Assembly: GCA_022769785.1 (NCBI GenBank)
Contig: JALEIY010000129.1
Coordinates: 1-53,115, forward strand
Reading direction: 5' to 3'
Origin: Eubacterium sp.
GTDB taxonomy: Bacteria > Bacillota > Clostridia > Lachnospirales > Lachnospiraceae
Length of the DNA stretch: 53,115 nt
Part shown: positions 9,162 to 18,622 of the stretch, one piece after another
How the letters are laid out: each line of letters opens with the position of its first letter
How positions within the stretch are numbered: the stretch's first letter is position 1
Made by a program: the position numbers and the translations under genes
Notes under the pieces: model-generated
Told to the model about the DNA's origin: nothing
Database searches by the model: none
What the model saw: only the letters and a program-made list of their open reading frames with translations

Positions 9162-10483
9162 CAGACTGCATAAACAGGAAAGAAGCATTTTCCCTGACCG
9201 CAGAGGAACTGGTGAAGAAAGGAAAAGAAGGGATTCCGGAGGAGATGATTACCGGAAAGCATCTGATTTACAGTTCTCCGGCTACGCTTGCCTACAATTC
9301 ACCGGGGGCTCAGGGCTTTGGGGTAAAAAGAGCCGGTCTGGCGATTCCGGGGTCTGTCATGCTGTTGGTAGCTCCGGGATGCTGTGGAAGGAATACTACG
9401 ATATTAAGTGAGCTGGGTGGATACAGTGACCGTTTTTTCTACCTGCTCATGGATGAGACGGATATTGTTACCGGGAGACATTTAAAAAAGATTCCACAGG
9501 CGGTAGAGGAGATATACGATTCTCTGGATGAGAAACCATCGGTGGTGATGATTTGTATAACCTGCGTGGACGCGCTTCTCGGGACGGATATGGAAAGAAT
9601 CTGCCGAAAAGCGGAGGAAAAAGCCGGGATTCCGGTTTTGCCATGCTATATGTATGCCCTGACAAGGGAGGGAAGGAAGCCGCCTATGGTTCATGTGCGG
9701 CAGTCCATTTATTCATTGCTGCGCCCAAGAAAGAAAAAAAGCACTTCTGTGAACCTGCTTGGATATTTTGCACCACTGATTGAGGATTGTGAGCTTTATG
9801 TGTTGCTAAGACAGATTGGAATTAAAACTGTCCGGGAAATATCCCGATGTGCATCATTTGAGGAATACCTGGATATGGCAGAGGCAAACTTTAATCTTGT
9901 GCTTCATCCGGAAGCACGGTATGCGGCTGCCGATATCAGAAAGCGGCTGGGGATTCCATCCATTGAGCTGCGGCGGCTTTATCAGATTGATAAAATCAGG
10001 AATCAGTATGCTCTTTTTGCTGCAGCACTCGGATATGAGATGGATGACAGTGTTTATTATAAAGAGACAGAAGATGCCATTGCAGCATTCCGGGAGCGAT
10101 ATCCTTCAGTTACTTTTGCCATCGGTGAGGGATGTAATGCCAATGCATTTGAGCTGTCGCTGGCACTTCTGCGTTATGGGTTTGCTGTCTCGGAGATTTT
10201 TGCCTCTGTCGGTGAAGAAGATTTTATTTATCTGGAGAAAATCGCTGCACTGAGTCCGCATACGAGGGTTTATTCTAATCTGGAGCCGACGATGCTTTAT
10301 TATGACTGTCAGGAGTGTCCTGCAGATATTACCATCGGAAAGGATGCGGCTTATTATCATCCGGATGCGGTTCACCTTGAGTGGAGTGATGATATACAGC
10401 CTTTCGGATATGCGGGGGTCAGACATTTTTTCACAGAATGTGAAAAAGTCTTACGGTCTGCTGCCGGAAAGGGGGATGAATGA
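9158..10483 (+). CDS. Nitrogenase component-1-like protein, D/E/BchN-type subunit, copy 1
   Basis: [33 protein letters not shown] and ANFNLVL match the nitrogenase oxidoreductase fold. ATGA-coupled to nifH-like. Confidence 0.88.
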   Translation: MTDCINRKEAFSLTAEELVKKGKEGIPEEMITGKHLIYSSPATLAYNSPGAQGFGVKRAGLAIPGSVMLLVAPGCCGRNTTILSELGGYSDRFFYLLMDETDIVTGRHLKKIPQAVEEIYDSLDEKPSVVMICITCVDALLGTDMERICRKAEEKAGIPVLPCYMYALTREGRKPPMVHVRQSIYSLLRPRKKKSTSVNLLGYFAPLIEDCELYVLLRQIGIKTVREISRCASFEEYLDMAEANFNLVLHPEARYAAADIRKRLGIPSIELRRLYQIDKIRNQYALFAAALGYEMDDSVYYKETEDAIAAFRERYPSVTFAIGEGCNANAFELSLALLRYGFAVSEIFASVGEEDFIYLEKIAALSPHTRVYSNLEPTMLYYDCQECPADITIGKDAAYYHPDAVHLEWSDDIQPFGYAGVRHFFTECEKVLRSAAGKGDE

Positions 10484-11544
10484 TGAAAGGACTGAGAAAA
10501 TTTATTGCACCTTTTGCTCCGGACCAGTCCGGTGCGGCAGCGGTGTTTTGTGAACTGGGAGGACTTGTGATTATCCTGGATGCCGGCGGATGTGCGGGGA
10601 ATATCTGTGGTTTTGATGAACCACGGTGGTTTACCAGCCGAAGTGCAATCTTCAGTGCCGGGCTTCGGGATATGGATGCGATTCTGGGAAGAGATGACAG
10701 GCTGGTTGAAAAGATTTCCAAAGCCTGTAAAAAGGTAAACGGACATTTTGTGGCAGTGATTGGCACGCCGGTTCCGGCGGTCATCGGAACAGATTATCGG
10801 GCACTGGCAAGGATGATTGAAAAAAAGACCGGTCTTCCTGCGGTTGCCATTGACACCAACGGTATGGAGCTTTATGACACAGGAGTGCAAAAAGCACAGA
10901 AGGTATTGTTTGAAGTTTTTACCGGGGAAGAAAAAGAGGGACAGAGCCGGGAGGAAAAACGTCTGGGTATTCTTGGAGCAACACCGATGGATTTTTCCGG
11001 CGATATGGATAAGCTGACGGCATATTACCGCGAAAAAGGCTGGGATAAAATTACCTGTTATGGTATGGGGGCAGGACTTGCGGAAGTAAAATCAGCTTCC
11101 TGCGAAGGGAAAAATATCGTCATTGCTCCTGCCGGTCTGGCGGCCGCACGTTATCTTGAAAAGAAATATGGCATCCCTTATGAAACGGATTATCCGGTGG
11201 AAATTTTATCGGAATGGAAAGAAATTTGTGACTGTATGCCGCAGTGGAAAGGGAAAAAGATATTGATTGTCCATCAGCAGATTCTTGCCAATGCACTTCG
11301 GGATAAACTGGAAAAGATACCGGGAACCATGGTGGATGTAGCCTCATGGTTTATGATGGAAAAACAATGGAAAAGAGAACAGGATGTGCATTTAAAGGAA
11401 GAAGAGCAGTGGAATGAACTGGTAAAAGAGCGGGAGTATGACGTCGTAATAGGCGACAGTCTGTTTCAGAGAGGACTTTCGGGATTTGCCGGTCAGTATG
11501 TGAAACTGCCGCATTTTGCAGTTTCCGGAAAGAGGAGCGAATGA
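10480..11544 (+). CDS. Nitrogenase component-1-like protein, K/N/BchB-type subunit, copy 1
   Basis: DAGGCAG, LRDMDAILG, GTPVPAVIGTD, GILGATP and AARYLEKKYGIPY motifs; ATGA-coupled. Confidence 0.87.
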   Translation: MMKGLRKFIAPFAPDQSGAAAVFCELGGLVIILDAGGCAGNICGFDEPRWFTSRSAIFSAGLRDMDAILGRDDRLVEKISKACKKVNGHFVAVIGTPVPAVIGTDYRALARMIEKKTGLPAVAIDTNGMELYDTGVQKAQKVLFEVFTGEEKEGQSREEKRLGILGATPMDFSGDMDKLTAYYREKGWDKITCYGMGAGLAEVKSASCEGKNIVIAPAGLAAARYLEKKYGIPYETDYPVEILSEWKEICDCMPQWKGKKILIVHQQILANALRDKLEKIPGTMVDVASWFMMEKQWKREQDVHLKEEEQWNELVKEREYDVVIGDSLFQRGLSGFAGQYVKLPHFAVSGKRSE

Positions 11545-13925
11545 AAAAAAGTAAAACGGTTCGAATCCGTGTATTTGGAATAGTACAGGGAGTAGGATTC
11601 CGTCCGACCGTAAGCCGTCATGCAGTGGCATCCCACATTAAAGGGAGCGTCTGCAATAAAGGCTCCTTTGTGGAGATATGGGCACAGGGAACCAAAGAAG
11701 ATATTGATGTTTTTTGCAGGAAGATTCAGAAGGAACCTCCGCAAAGAGCGGTGATCATGAAGATTTCGATTGAGGAAAGGCAGACGGGATTTACGGATTT
11801 TACGGATTTTTCTATTATAGAAAGTGAAAAAAAGAGGGGAGATATTTTTGTTTCTCCGGACATTGGAATCTGCCCCCAGTGTAAAAAAGAACTATATGAC
11901 CGGAATGACCGGAGATACCTGCATCCCTTTATTAATTGTACCTGCTGCGGGCCGAGACTGACGATTCTTGATGCCATGCCTTATGACAGGGAAAGAACCA
12001 GTATGGCCGAGTTTCCGATGTGTCCTTCCTGTGAATGGGAATATACCCACGCAGAAACGAGACGATTTGATGCACAGCCGGTCTGCTGCAATGAATGCGG
12101 ACCTGAGGTATATGTGATTGGAAAAAATATCAGGGGGCCGGAAGCACTCCGTTACGTTCGAAAACTTCTTCGGGATGGAGGGATTGCAGCCATCAAGGGA
12201 ATTGGCGGTTTTCATCTTTGCTGTGATGCCCTTAATGAAAAGACCGTTGCAAGACTGCGGAAAAGCAAAGGGCGCCCGGCAAAGCCTTTTGCGGTAATGA
12301 TGAAAGATATGGATACCGTGAGAAGGGAATGTGAATGCGACGAAGTGAGGCAGGAGCTTCTGGAAGGGTACCAGAAACCGATTCTGCTTCTGGAAAAAAA
12401 GGAGGGGGGAAGGCTTTCCTCTCTGGTTGCACCGGGTAACCCAAAGGTTGGAGTGATGCTTCCTTATGCGCCCCTTCATCATCTTTTATTTGATTACTGT
12501 GATGATACGTCAGTTTCAGATTGTCTGGTTATGACCAGTGCCAATAATTCCGGAGCACCGATTTGCCGGGACGACGAAGATGCAATAGCGGAACTTGGCG
12601 GACTTTGCGATGTAATATTATCCCATAATCGCCTGATTCGCCTTCGGGCGGATGATACAGTGATGGACTTTTTCAGAGACAGGCCGTATATGATTCGACG
12701 TTCCCGAGGATATGCACCGCTTCCGTTTGCGTTGGAGAGAGAATGGAAAGGGGAAGTTTTGGCCATGGGAGGTGAACTGAAAAACACCTTCTGTGTTGGC
12801 AAAAACAGTTTGTTTTATCCCTCTCCTTATATCGGAGACATGAGTGATGTCCGGACGGTTAAGGCACTCGATGAATCGGTGAAGCGGATGACAGGGCTTC
12901 TTGAAGCAAAGCCGGAGGTGGTGGCCTGCGACCTGCATCCGGCATATAATACCTCTGCGCTGGCAGAAAGTATGGGACTTCCTATGATGAAGATTCAGCA
13001 TCATTATGCGCATATTTTATCCTGTATGGCGGAAAACGAATACCCTGGTCCGGTTATTGGTGTTTCCTTTGACGGAACCGGATATGGTACGGATCAAACA
13101 ATATGGGGCGGTGAGTTTCTGGTGTCGGATTATGATGGGTTTTCCCGGGAAGCTTCCGTGCAGTCATTTGTGCAGGTGGGAGGAGATCTGGCGGCAAAAG
13201 AGGGCTGGAGAGTGGCGGTTTCTCTCCTGAAGGCAGTTTATGGAGAAGAAGAAACGCTTCAACTTTCTGAGAAATGGGAACTGTGTACCAGACAGGAGGC
13301 CAGTGTATTATGTAAAATGGCGGACAGAGGAATAAACAGTATCGTTTCTACCAGTGCCGGTCGGCTTTTTGATGCAGTCAGTGCGCTCCTTGGAATTTGC
13401 CGTTTTTCCACTTTTGAGGGAGAGGCTTCAATATCCCTGCAATTTGCGGCACAGGCTTTTGAGAAAAAAGTGTTCCGCAGTGGCGAAGGGAATTTGGGAA
13501 TGCCGGAGGACTGGGATGAAAAAATGCTTTTGACGATTTCTGAAAAAGAAGAAGCAGAACAAAGAAGCTTCTTTCTGAATACTACCGGGCTGTTTTCGTG
13601 GATTGCAGAGCAGAAAAAACAGGGAAAGGCAAGCGAAGAATTAAGCTATGCTTTTCACCGTATTCTGGCTGAGATGATTGTGCAGGGCTGTATCCGTATC
13701 AGAGAAGAGACCAGGATTACGACAGCGGCATTAAGCGGTGGAGTGTTTCAGAATACACTGCTGCTTCGATTATGTGTGAACCGACTGGAAGAAGAGAATT
13801 TTCATATTCTGATACACCACCTGATTCCGCCGAATGACGGAGGAATCTGTCTTGGTCAGGCAGTGGCCGCCATGAATCAATTGCAAAAGAAATATAAGAA
13901 AGAGGGAGAAAATAAATGTGTGTAG
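11541..13925 (+). CDS. hypF: Carbamoyltransferase HypF
   Basis: Acylphosphatase GIVQGVGFRP, two Zn-fingers (CPQC..CTCCGPR; CPSC..CNECGP), KGIGGFHL, QHHYAH, DGTGYG and PPNDGG motifs. Confidence 0.98.
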   Translation: MKKSKTVRIRVFGIVQGVGFRPTVSRHAVASHIKGSVCNKGSFVEIWAQGTKEDIDVFCRKIQKEPPQRAVIMKISIEERQTGFTDFTDFSIIESEKKRGDIFVSPDIGICPQCKKELYDRNDRRYLHPFINCTCCGPRLTILDAMPYDRERTSMAEFPMCPSCEWEYTHAETRRFDAQPVCCNECGPEVYVIGKNIRGPEALRYVRKLLRDGGIAAIKGIGGFHLCCDALNEKTVARLRKSKGRPAKPFAVMMKDMDTVRRECECDEVRQELLEGYQKPILLLEKKEGGRLSSLVAPGNPKVGVMLPYAPLHHLLFDYCDDTSVSDCLVMTSANNSGAPICRDDEDAIAELGGLCDVILSHNRLIRLRADDTVMDFFRDRPYMIRRSRGYAPLPFALEREWKGEVLAMGGELKNTFCVGKNSLFYPSPYIGDMSDVRTVKALDESVKRMTGLLEAKPEVVACDLHPAYNTSALAESMGLPMMKIQHHYAHILSCMAENEYPGPVIGVSFDGTGYGTDQTIWGGEFLVSDYDGFSREASVQSFVQVGGDLAAKEGWRVAVSLLKAVYGEEETLQLSEKWELCTRQEASVLCKMADRGINSIVSTSAGRLFDAVSALLGICRFSTFEGEASISLQFAAQAFEKKVFRSGEGNLGMPEDWDEKMLLTISEKEEAEQRSFFLNTTGLFSWIAEQKKQGKASEELSYAFHRILAEMIVQGCIRIREETRITTAALSGGVFQNTLLLRLCVNRLEEENFHILIHHLIPPNDGGICLGQAVAAMNQLQKKYKKEGENKCV

Positions 13926-14116
13926 GTTTACCAGCAAGAATTGTGACGATGAAAGACGGGATGGCTGTTGTGGATGCTTCCGGCGCGAAAAGAGAGATAT
14001 CCACAGAGCTGATTGAGAATCTGGAGCCGGGAGACTATGTAATGGTTCATGCCGGTATTGCAATCGCCAAAATACAGGAGGAAGAAACAGAAGAAGAGCT
14101 GGAGGAGAAACCATGA
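13916..14116 (+). CDS. hypC: Hydrogenase maturation chaperone HypC
   Basis: N-terminal MCVGLP (Cys2) and GDYVMVHAG. Confidence 0.97.
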   Translation: MCVGLPARIVTMKDGMAVVDASGAKREISTELIENLEPGDYVMVHAGIAIAKIQEEETEEELEEKP

Positions 14117-15168
14117 AGAAAAATATGGAAGAGTTAAAGAACCGTATCATGGCTTATGAAGGACCTCCGGTTCGCATTATGGAGGTCTGCGGGACTCATA
14201 CTCATGAGATTTTTCGCCTCGGAATCCGGAAATTGCTTCCAAAGCAGGTAGAATTGATATCCGGACCCGGCTGTCCGGTCTGTGTCACCCCGGCGGATTA
14301 TATTGATGAAGCTATATGGCTGGCATTAGAGAAAAAGATAACGATTTGTACCTTTGGAGATTTGGTTCGTGTGCCGGGAACTGAGAAAAGTCTTTCAGAT
14401 GCCCGGGCAGAAGGGGCAAAAATACAGATTGTCTATTCCCCAACCGATGCTGCAGATTATGCGAAGAAACATCAGGATGAAGAAGTTGTCTTCTTATCGG
14501 TAGGGTTTGAGACGACAACACCGGCTGCCTGCATTTCATTGAAAATGGCAGAAAAAGAAGGTCTGAAAAATTATTCATTGCTGACGGCGAATAAAACTAT
14601 GCCACAGGCTTATGAAGCACTGAAAGGAAGTGCAGATGTATTCCTTTATCCGGGGCATGTAAATGCGATTACCGGCACGGCTCTTTGTGAAGAACTGGTT
14701 GAAAAGGGAATCAGCGGTGTTGTGGCAGGCTTTGAGGCAGAAGATCTTCTGGAAGCTTTTGCGGTGATTTTAGACCGGTATCCTAAAGGAGAACCTTTTT
14801 TTGTCAATGCATATAAAAGAGTTGTGACAAAAGAAGGAAGCGTACCGGCTGCAAAGCTGGTGGCACAGTGGATGGAAGCCTGTGACAGCGAGTGGAGAGG
14901 ACTTGGAGTCATAAAGGGTTCAGGGCTCAGAATATGTCATCATCCATCGATGTTTGACGCGAGAATAAAATACCAGATTCCAAAGCCGGAAGCAAAGAGC
15001 AACCCGGTCTGCCGCTGCGGAGAGGTGCTGCAGGGGAAATGTCGACCGACGGATTGTCCTGTTTTTGGAACAGCCTGTACACCGCTTCATCCGGTCGGAG
15101 CCTGTATGGTATCGGGAGAAGGAGCCTGTTCAGCATATTATCAATACGGAGGAGAAATCAATGACTGA
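14113..15168 (+). CDS. hypD: Hydrogenase maturation scaffold HypD
   Basis: CGTHTH, GPGCPVC, GFETT, PGHV and C-terminal Fe-S Cys motif CRC..CPVFGTAC..GACMVSGEGAC. Confidence 0.98.
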   Translation: MKKNMEELKNRIMAYEGPPVRIMEVCGTHTHEIFRLGIRKLLPKQVELISGPGCPVCVTPADYIDEAIWLALEKKITICTFGDLVRVPGTEKSLSDARAEGAKIQIVYSPTDAADYAKKHQDEEVVFLSVGFETTTPAACISLKMAEKEGLKNYSLLTANKTMPQAYEALKGSADVFLYPGHVNAITGTALCEELVEKGISGVVAGFEAEDLLEAFAVILDRYPKGEPFFVNAYKRVVTKEGSVPAAKLVAQWMEACDSEWRGLGVIKGSGLRICHHPSMFDARIKYQIPKPEAKSNPVCRCGEVLQGKCRPTDCPVFGTACTPLHPVGACMVSGEGACSAYYQYGGEIND

Positions 15169-16165
15169 GACAGTAACATTGGCACACGGAGCGGGAGGAC
15201 AGCAGACCTCCGAGCTGATTGAACATATTTTTAAGAAACATTTTGAAAATCCGGAGCTGACCGGAGATGATGCGGCTGTTTTGCAGATGGAAGCGGGAAG
15301 ACTTGCCTTTACTACGGATGGTTTTATTGTTTCACCAGCGGAGTTTCCGGGAGGAAATATCGGCAAGCTCAGTATTTGCGGAACGGTAAATGATTTGGCC
15401 TGTATGGGTGCAAAGCCTCTGTATCTCACCTGTGCTTTTGTAATTGAAGAAGGATTTCCGATGGATAAGCTGGAGAAGATTGCACAGTCCATGGAGATTA
15501 CTGCGAAAGAAGCCGGGGTCAGAATTGTGGCAGGAGATACAAAGGTTGCCGGAAAAGGGCAGGTAGACGGAGTATTTATTACGACAACAGGCATAGGCCG
15601 TATTGAGGATGGAGTGTCAACCTCCGGGAAAAATGCCAGACCGGGAGATGTAGTTATCGTCAGCGGAGACGTGGGAAGACATGGATGTACTATTCTCATG
15701 GAAAGAGAAGATTTTGGAATAGAGGCAGAGGTTACCAGTGATTGTGCCCCTCTTTGGGGAACGGTGGAAGCACTTCTTGGTGTGACAAAGGATATTCATG
15801 TGATTCGTGATGCCACAAGGGGCGGTGTGGGAACCGTACTTTATGAGATTGCCGGACAGAGCGGAGTAGGCATCCGGCTAAACAGTGAGGCTATTCCGGT
15901 GCAGGACAATGTAAAAGGAATTTGTGGAATGCTTGGTCTGGAACCGTTGTATCTTGCCTGTGAAGGACGACTGGTGATTGTGGCACCGAAGGAAAAAGCG
16001 GATGACATAATAAAGACACTCCGTACAGGCAAATATTCTGCTGAGGCGGCAGTCATCGGTGAAATTACGGAAGAGATGGCAGGAAGAGTGACAATGGTAA
16101 CCGAAATCGGAGCCCAGACTCTGCTTCCGCAACCGAGAGGAGAACTTTTGCCGAGAATCTGCTGA
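15161..16165 (+). CDS. hypE: Carbamoyl dehydratase HypE
   Basis: HGAGG, GTVNDL, GDTKV and RDATRGG motifs; C-terminal PRIC; RBS GGAGG. Confidence 0.98.
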   Translation: MTETVTLAHGAGGQQTSELIEHIFKKHFENPELTGDDAAVLQMEAGRLAFTTDGFIVSPAEFPGGNIGKLSICGTVNDLACMGAKPLYLTCAFVIEEGFPMDKLEKIAQSMEITAKEAGVRIVAGDTKVAGKGQVDGVFITTTGIGRIEDGVSTSGKNARPGDVVIVSGDVGRHGCTILMEREDFGIEAEVTSDCAPLWGTVEALLGVTKDIHVIRDATRGGVGTVLYEIAGQSGVGIRLNSEAIPVQDNVKGICGMLGLEPLYLACEGRLVIVAPKEKADDIIKTLRTGKYSAEAAVIGEITEEMAGRVTMVTEIGAQTLLPQPRGELLPRIC

Positions 16166-16250
16166 GAACCGGTGGATTTACAGATTTACGACTGAAAAAA
16201 CGAATCTTATCATAACAAAAATATGTGTTGAGATTCGGGGAGGAACTGCT

Positions 16251-16496
16251 ATGGAGACAAGAATTGCCGTTCTATCCATTATTGTGGAGGATAAGGAGCA
16301 GACGGCGCAGTTAAATGATATGATTCATGAATATTCGGAATATGTGGTAGGAAGAATGGGTATTCCCTATCGGGAAAAAGGTATCAGCATTATCAGCCTG
16401 GTGATGGACGCTCCACAAAATGTCATCAGTACACTTTCCGGTCGAATTGGCCGTCTCAGGGGAGTGACATCAAGGGCAACTTACGCAAAGGTTTAA
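16251..16496 (+). CDS. TM1266-family small ACT-like protein ('iron-only hydrogenase system regulator')
   Basis: 81 aa with RIAVLSIIVED..LN..HEY..VGRMGIPYREKG..IISL..LSGRIGRL; RBS GGGGAGG. Confidence 0.85.
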   Translation: METRIAVLSIIVEDKEQTAQLNDMIHEYSEYVVGRMGIPYREKGISIISLVMDAPQNVISTLSGRIGRLRGVTSRATYAKV

Positions 16497-16515
16497 AAAT
16501 GACAGGAGGCGGAAC

Positions 16516-17295
16516 ATGATAAAAATTGCAGTGTACGGAAAAGGAGGAATCGGAAAATCCACTACGGTTTCCAATGTGGCGGCAGCCATGGCACAGCAGG
16601 GGCTTAAGGTAATGCAGATTGGATGCGATCCCAAAGCCGATTCCACTGTACTCCTTCGTCATGGAAATCCAATCAGCACGGTGCTTGATTTAGTTCGAAC
16701 CAGACGAAATGATTTTACCCTTGAGGATATGGTTACGGAAGGGTTTGCCGGGGTGCTTTGTGTTGAGGCGGGCGGACCGGCTCCGGGAATGGGCTGTGCC
16801 GGGCGGGGAATCATTGCGGCTCTGGAGAAATTAAAGGAAAAAGGCGCATATGATGTTTATCGTCCGGATGTCATAATCTATGATGTTTTAGGGGATGTGG
16901 TTTGTGGAGGATTTTCCATGCCAATGAGAGGAGGATATGCCGACAGCGTATTTGTGTTGACTTCCGGAGAAAATATGGCCATTTATGCGGCGGCAAATAT
17001 TGCCACAGCGGTAAATAATTTTAGCGGCCGGGGATACGCAAAGCTGGGAGGGCTGATATTAAACCGTAAAAATGTAAAACGGGAAGAAGAGAAGGTACAG
17101 GAACTGGCAGAAGATATTCACAGTGAAGTTATTTCCCGACTTTCTTACAGTACACTGGTTACGGACGCGGAAGAACGTAAAATGACGGTTATGGAAGCGT
17201 GGCCGGACAGTGAAATGGCGATGGAATACCGCAGTCTTGCAGAAAAGATTCTTTCTGTATGCAGCCGGGATATCGGAGGTGACGACCATGCTTGA
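16516..17295 (+). CDS. Nitrogenase iron protein-like reductase, copy 2
   Basis: [23 protein letters not shown] and DVVCGGF; RBS AGGAGG. Confidence 0.96.
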   Translation: MIKIAVYGKGGIGKSTTVSNVAAAMAQQGLKVMQIGCDPKADSTVLLRHGNPISTVLDLVRTRRNDFTLEDMVTEGFAGVLCVEAGGPAPGMGCAGRGIIAALEKLKEKGAYDVYRPDVIIYDVLGDVVCGGFSMPMRGGYADSVFVLTSGENMAIYAAANIATAVNNFSGRGYAKLGGLILNRKNVKREEEKVQELAEDIHSEVISRLSYSTLVTDAEERKMTVMEAWPDSEMAMEYRSLAEKILSVCSRDIGGDDHA

Positions 17296-18622
17296 GCTGC
17301 TTCATGGAAGTTCTCCGGTACAGTGTGAAAATGAAAGAATACGGATGGGAGATGCAGCGTGGCCTGCACCTTTTCTTCCGGGTCTGGAATATAACAGTCC
17401 CGCTCACGGCACCTGGAATATTGTGCACACAGGTATGCTGATACCGGATTCCCATCAGATTTATGTGTGTGCAGCAAACTGCAACAGAGGAGTTATCCTT
17501 ACGGCAGCGGAAATGAATGCGGTGGATCGTTTTTCTTCCATTGTGATACAGGAAGAGAATCTGATTAATGGGGATATGGAAGAACTGGTCATAGAAGGAG
17601 TGACAGAGATTCTTCTGAAATTAGAGAGAAAGCCATCGGTAGTTCTTCTGTTTACAGTATGTATCCATCATTTTATGGGGTGCGATTTGGGGTATATATA
17701 CAGTACTCTCAGGGAAAGATTCCCAGGTCAGTGCTTTGTGGATTGTTATATGGATCCGATTATGCAAAAAGGAGGAATGACACCGGATGAAAAACTTCGG
17801 ATACGTCTATATGCTCCTCTTGTGAAAAGAAAGAAAAATCGTAGGCAGATTAATATCATTGGGAATGACCTCCCGACCGACCCGGATAGTGATATCCTTG
17901 CTTTTATAAAAGAATCCGGATATGAAGTAAAAGATATTACATCCTGTAATGACTTTGAAGAATATCTTTCCATGGCAGAAAGCTTTTTGAATATTACCAG
18001 TTATCCTTCAGCTAAAAAGGGGGGAGATATTTTATCGAAGCGACTGGAAATGGAACATCTTTATATGCCTCAGTCTTTTTCTTATGAAGAGTTGGACGCT
18101 CAGTTTTTCCGGTTAGCGGATATTCTTGGAACGAATCCCCCGGAAACAGCCCAATTAAAAAAGAAATGTGAGATGTCTTTGGAAAAAGCAAAAGAACAGA
18201 TAGGGGATACCAGGATATCAATTGATGCATCGGCAGTTCCGAGAATTTTAGGACTGACCAGACTTCTTCTTTCCCATGGCTTTCGGGTGTTTCGAATATA
18301 CACGGACGGTTTTTCTCCGGAAGAAGAAGGCGATTATCACTGGCTGCGTGAACATTATCCGGATTTGGAGGTGTGCGCGACAATTCATCCCGGAATGAGG
18401 ATATTTCCACGGAAATCCCAAGAAAAGATTCTTGCAATAGGACAAAAAGCAGCCTATTTCAGCCAGACACCTTATTTTGTAAATATGGTGGAGGGGGGAG
18501 GTCTATTTGGATATTCCGCGATTTGTCGTCTGGCGGAGCGGATGTGTGAGGCCTTTTTTGAGGAAAAAGATACAAAAGATTTGATAGTACGAAAGGGATT
18601 GGGGTGTGAGAGCTGTATATGA
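17288..18622 (+). CDS. Nitrogenase component-1-like protein, D/E/BchN-type subunit, copy 2
   Basis: YNSP, VCAANCNRG, IQEENLING, TVCIHHFMGCD and INIIGN motifs. ATG 17288 follows GGAGG and overlaps the nifH-like stop. Confidence 0.88.
   Translation: MLELLHGSSPVQCENERIRMGDAAWPAPFLPGLEYNSPAHGTWNIVHTGMLIPDSHQIYVCAANCNRGVILTAAEMNAVDRFSSIVIQEENLINGDMEELVIEGVTEILLKLERKPSVVLLFTVCIHHFMGCDLGYIYSTLRERFPGQCFVDCYMDPIMQKGGMTPDEKLRIRLYAPLVKRKKNRRQINIIGNDLPTDPDSDILAFIKESGYEVKDITSCNDFEEYLSMAESFLNITSYPSAKKGGDILSKRLEMEHLYMPQSFSYEELDAQFFRLADILGTNPPETAQLKKKCEMSLEKAKEQIGDTRISIDASAVPRILGLTRLLLSHGFRVFRIYTDGFSPEEEGDYHWLREHYPDLEVCATIHPGMRIFPRKSQEKILAIGQKAAYFSQTPYFVNMVEGGGLFGYSAICRLAERMCEAFFEEKDTKDLIVRKGLGCESCI

Noticed and set aside
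8397-11544. Calling the triads CfbCD, DPOR/COR or MarHDK
   Set aside because: No F430 or bacteriochlorophyll genes and no NifB-like MarB are nearby. CfbD is a single-subunit type, whereas two different component-1 subunits occur here. A phylogeny is needed for any assignment.
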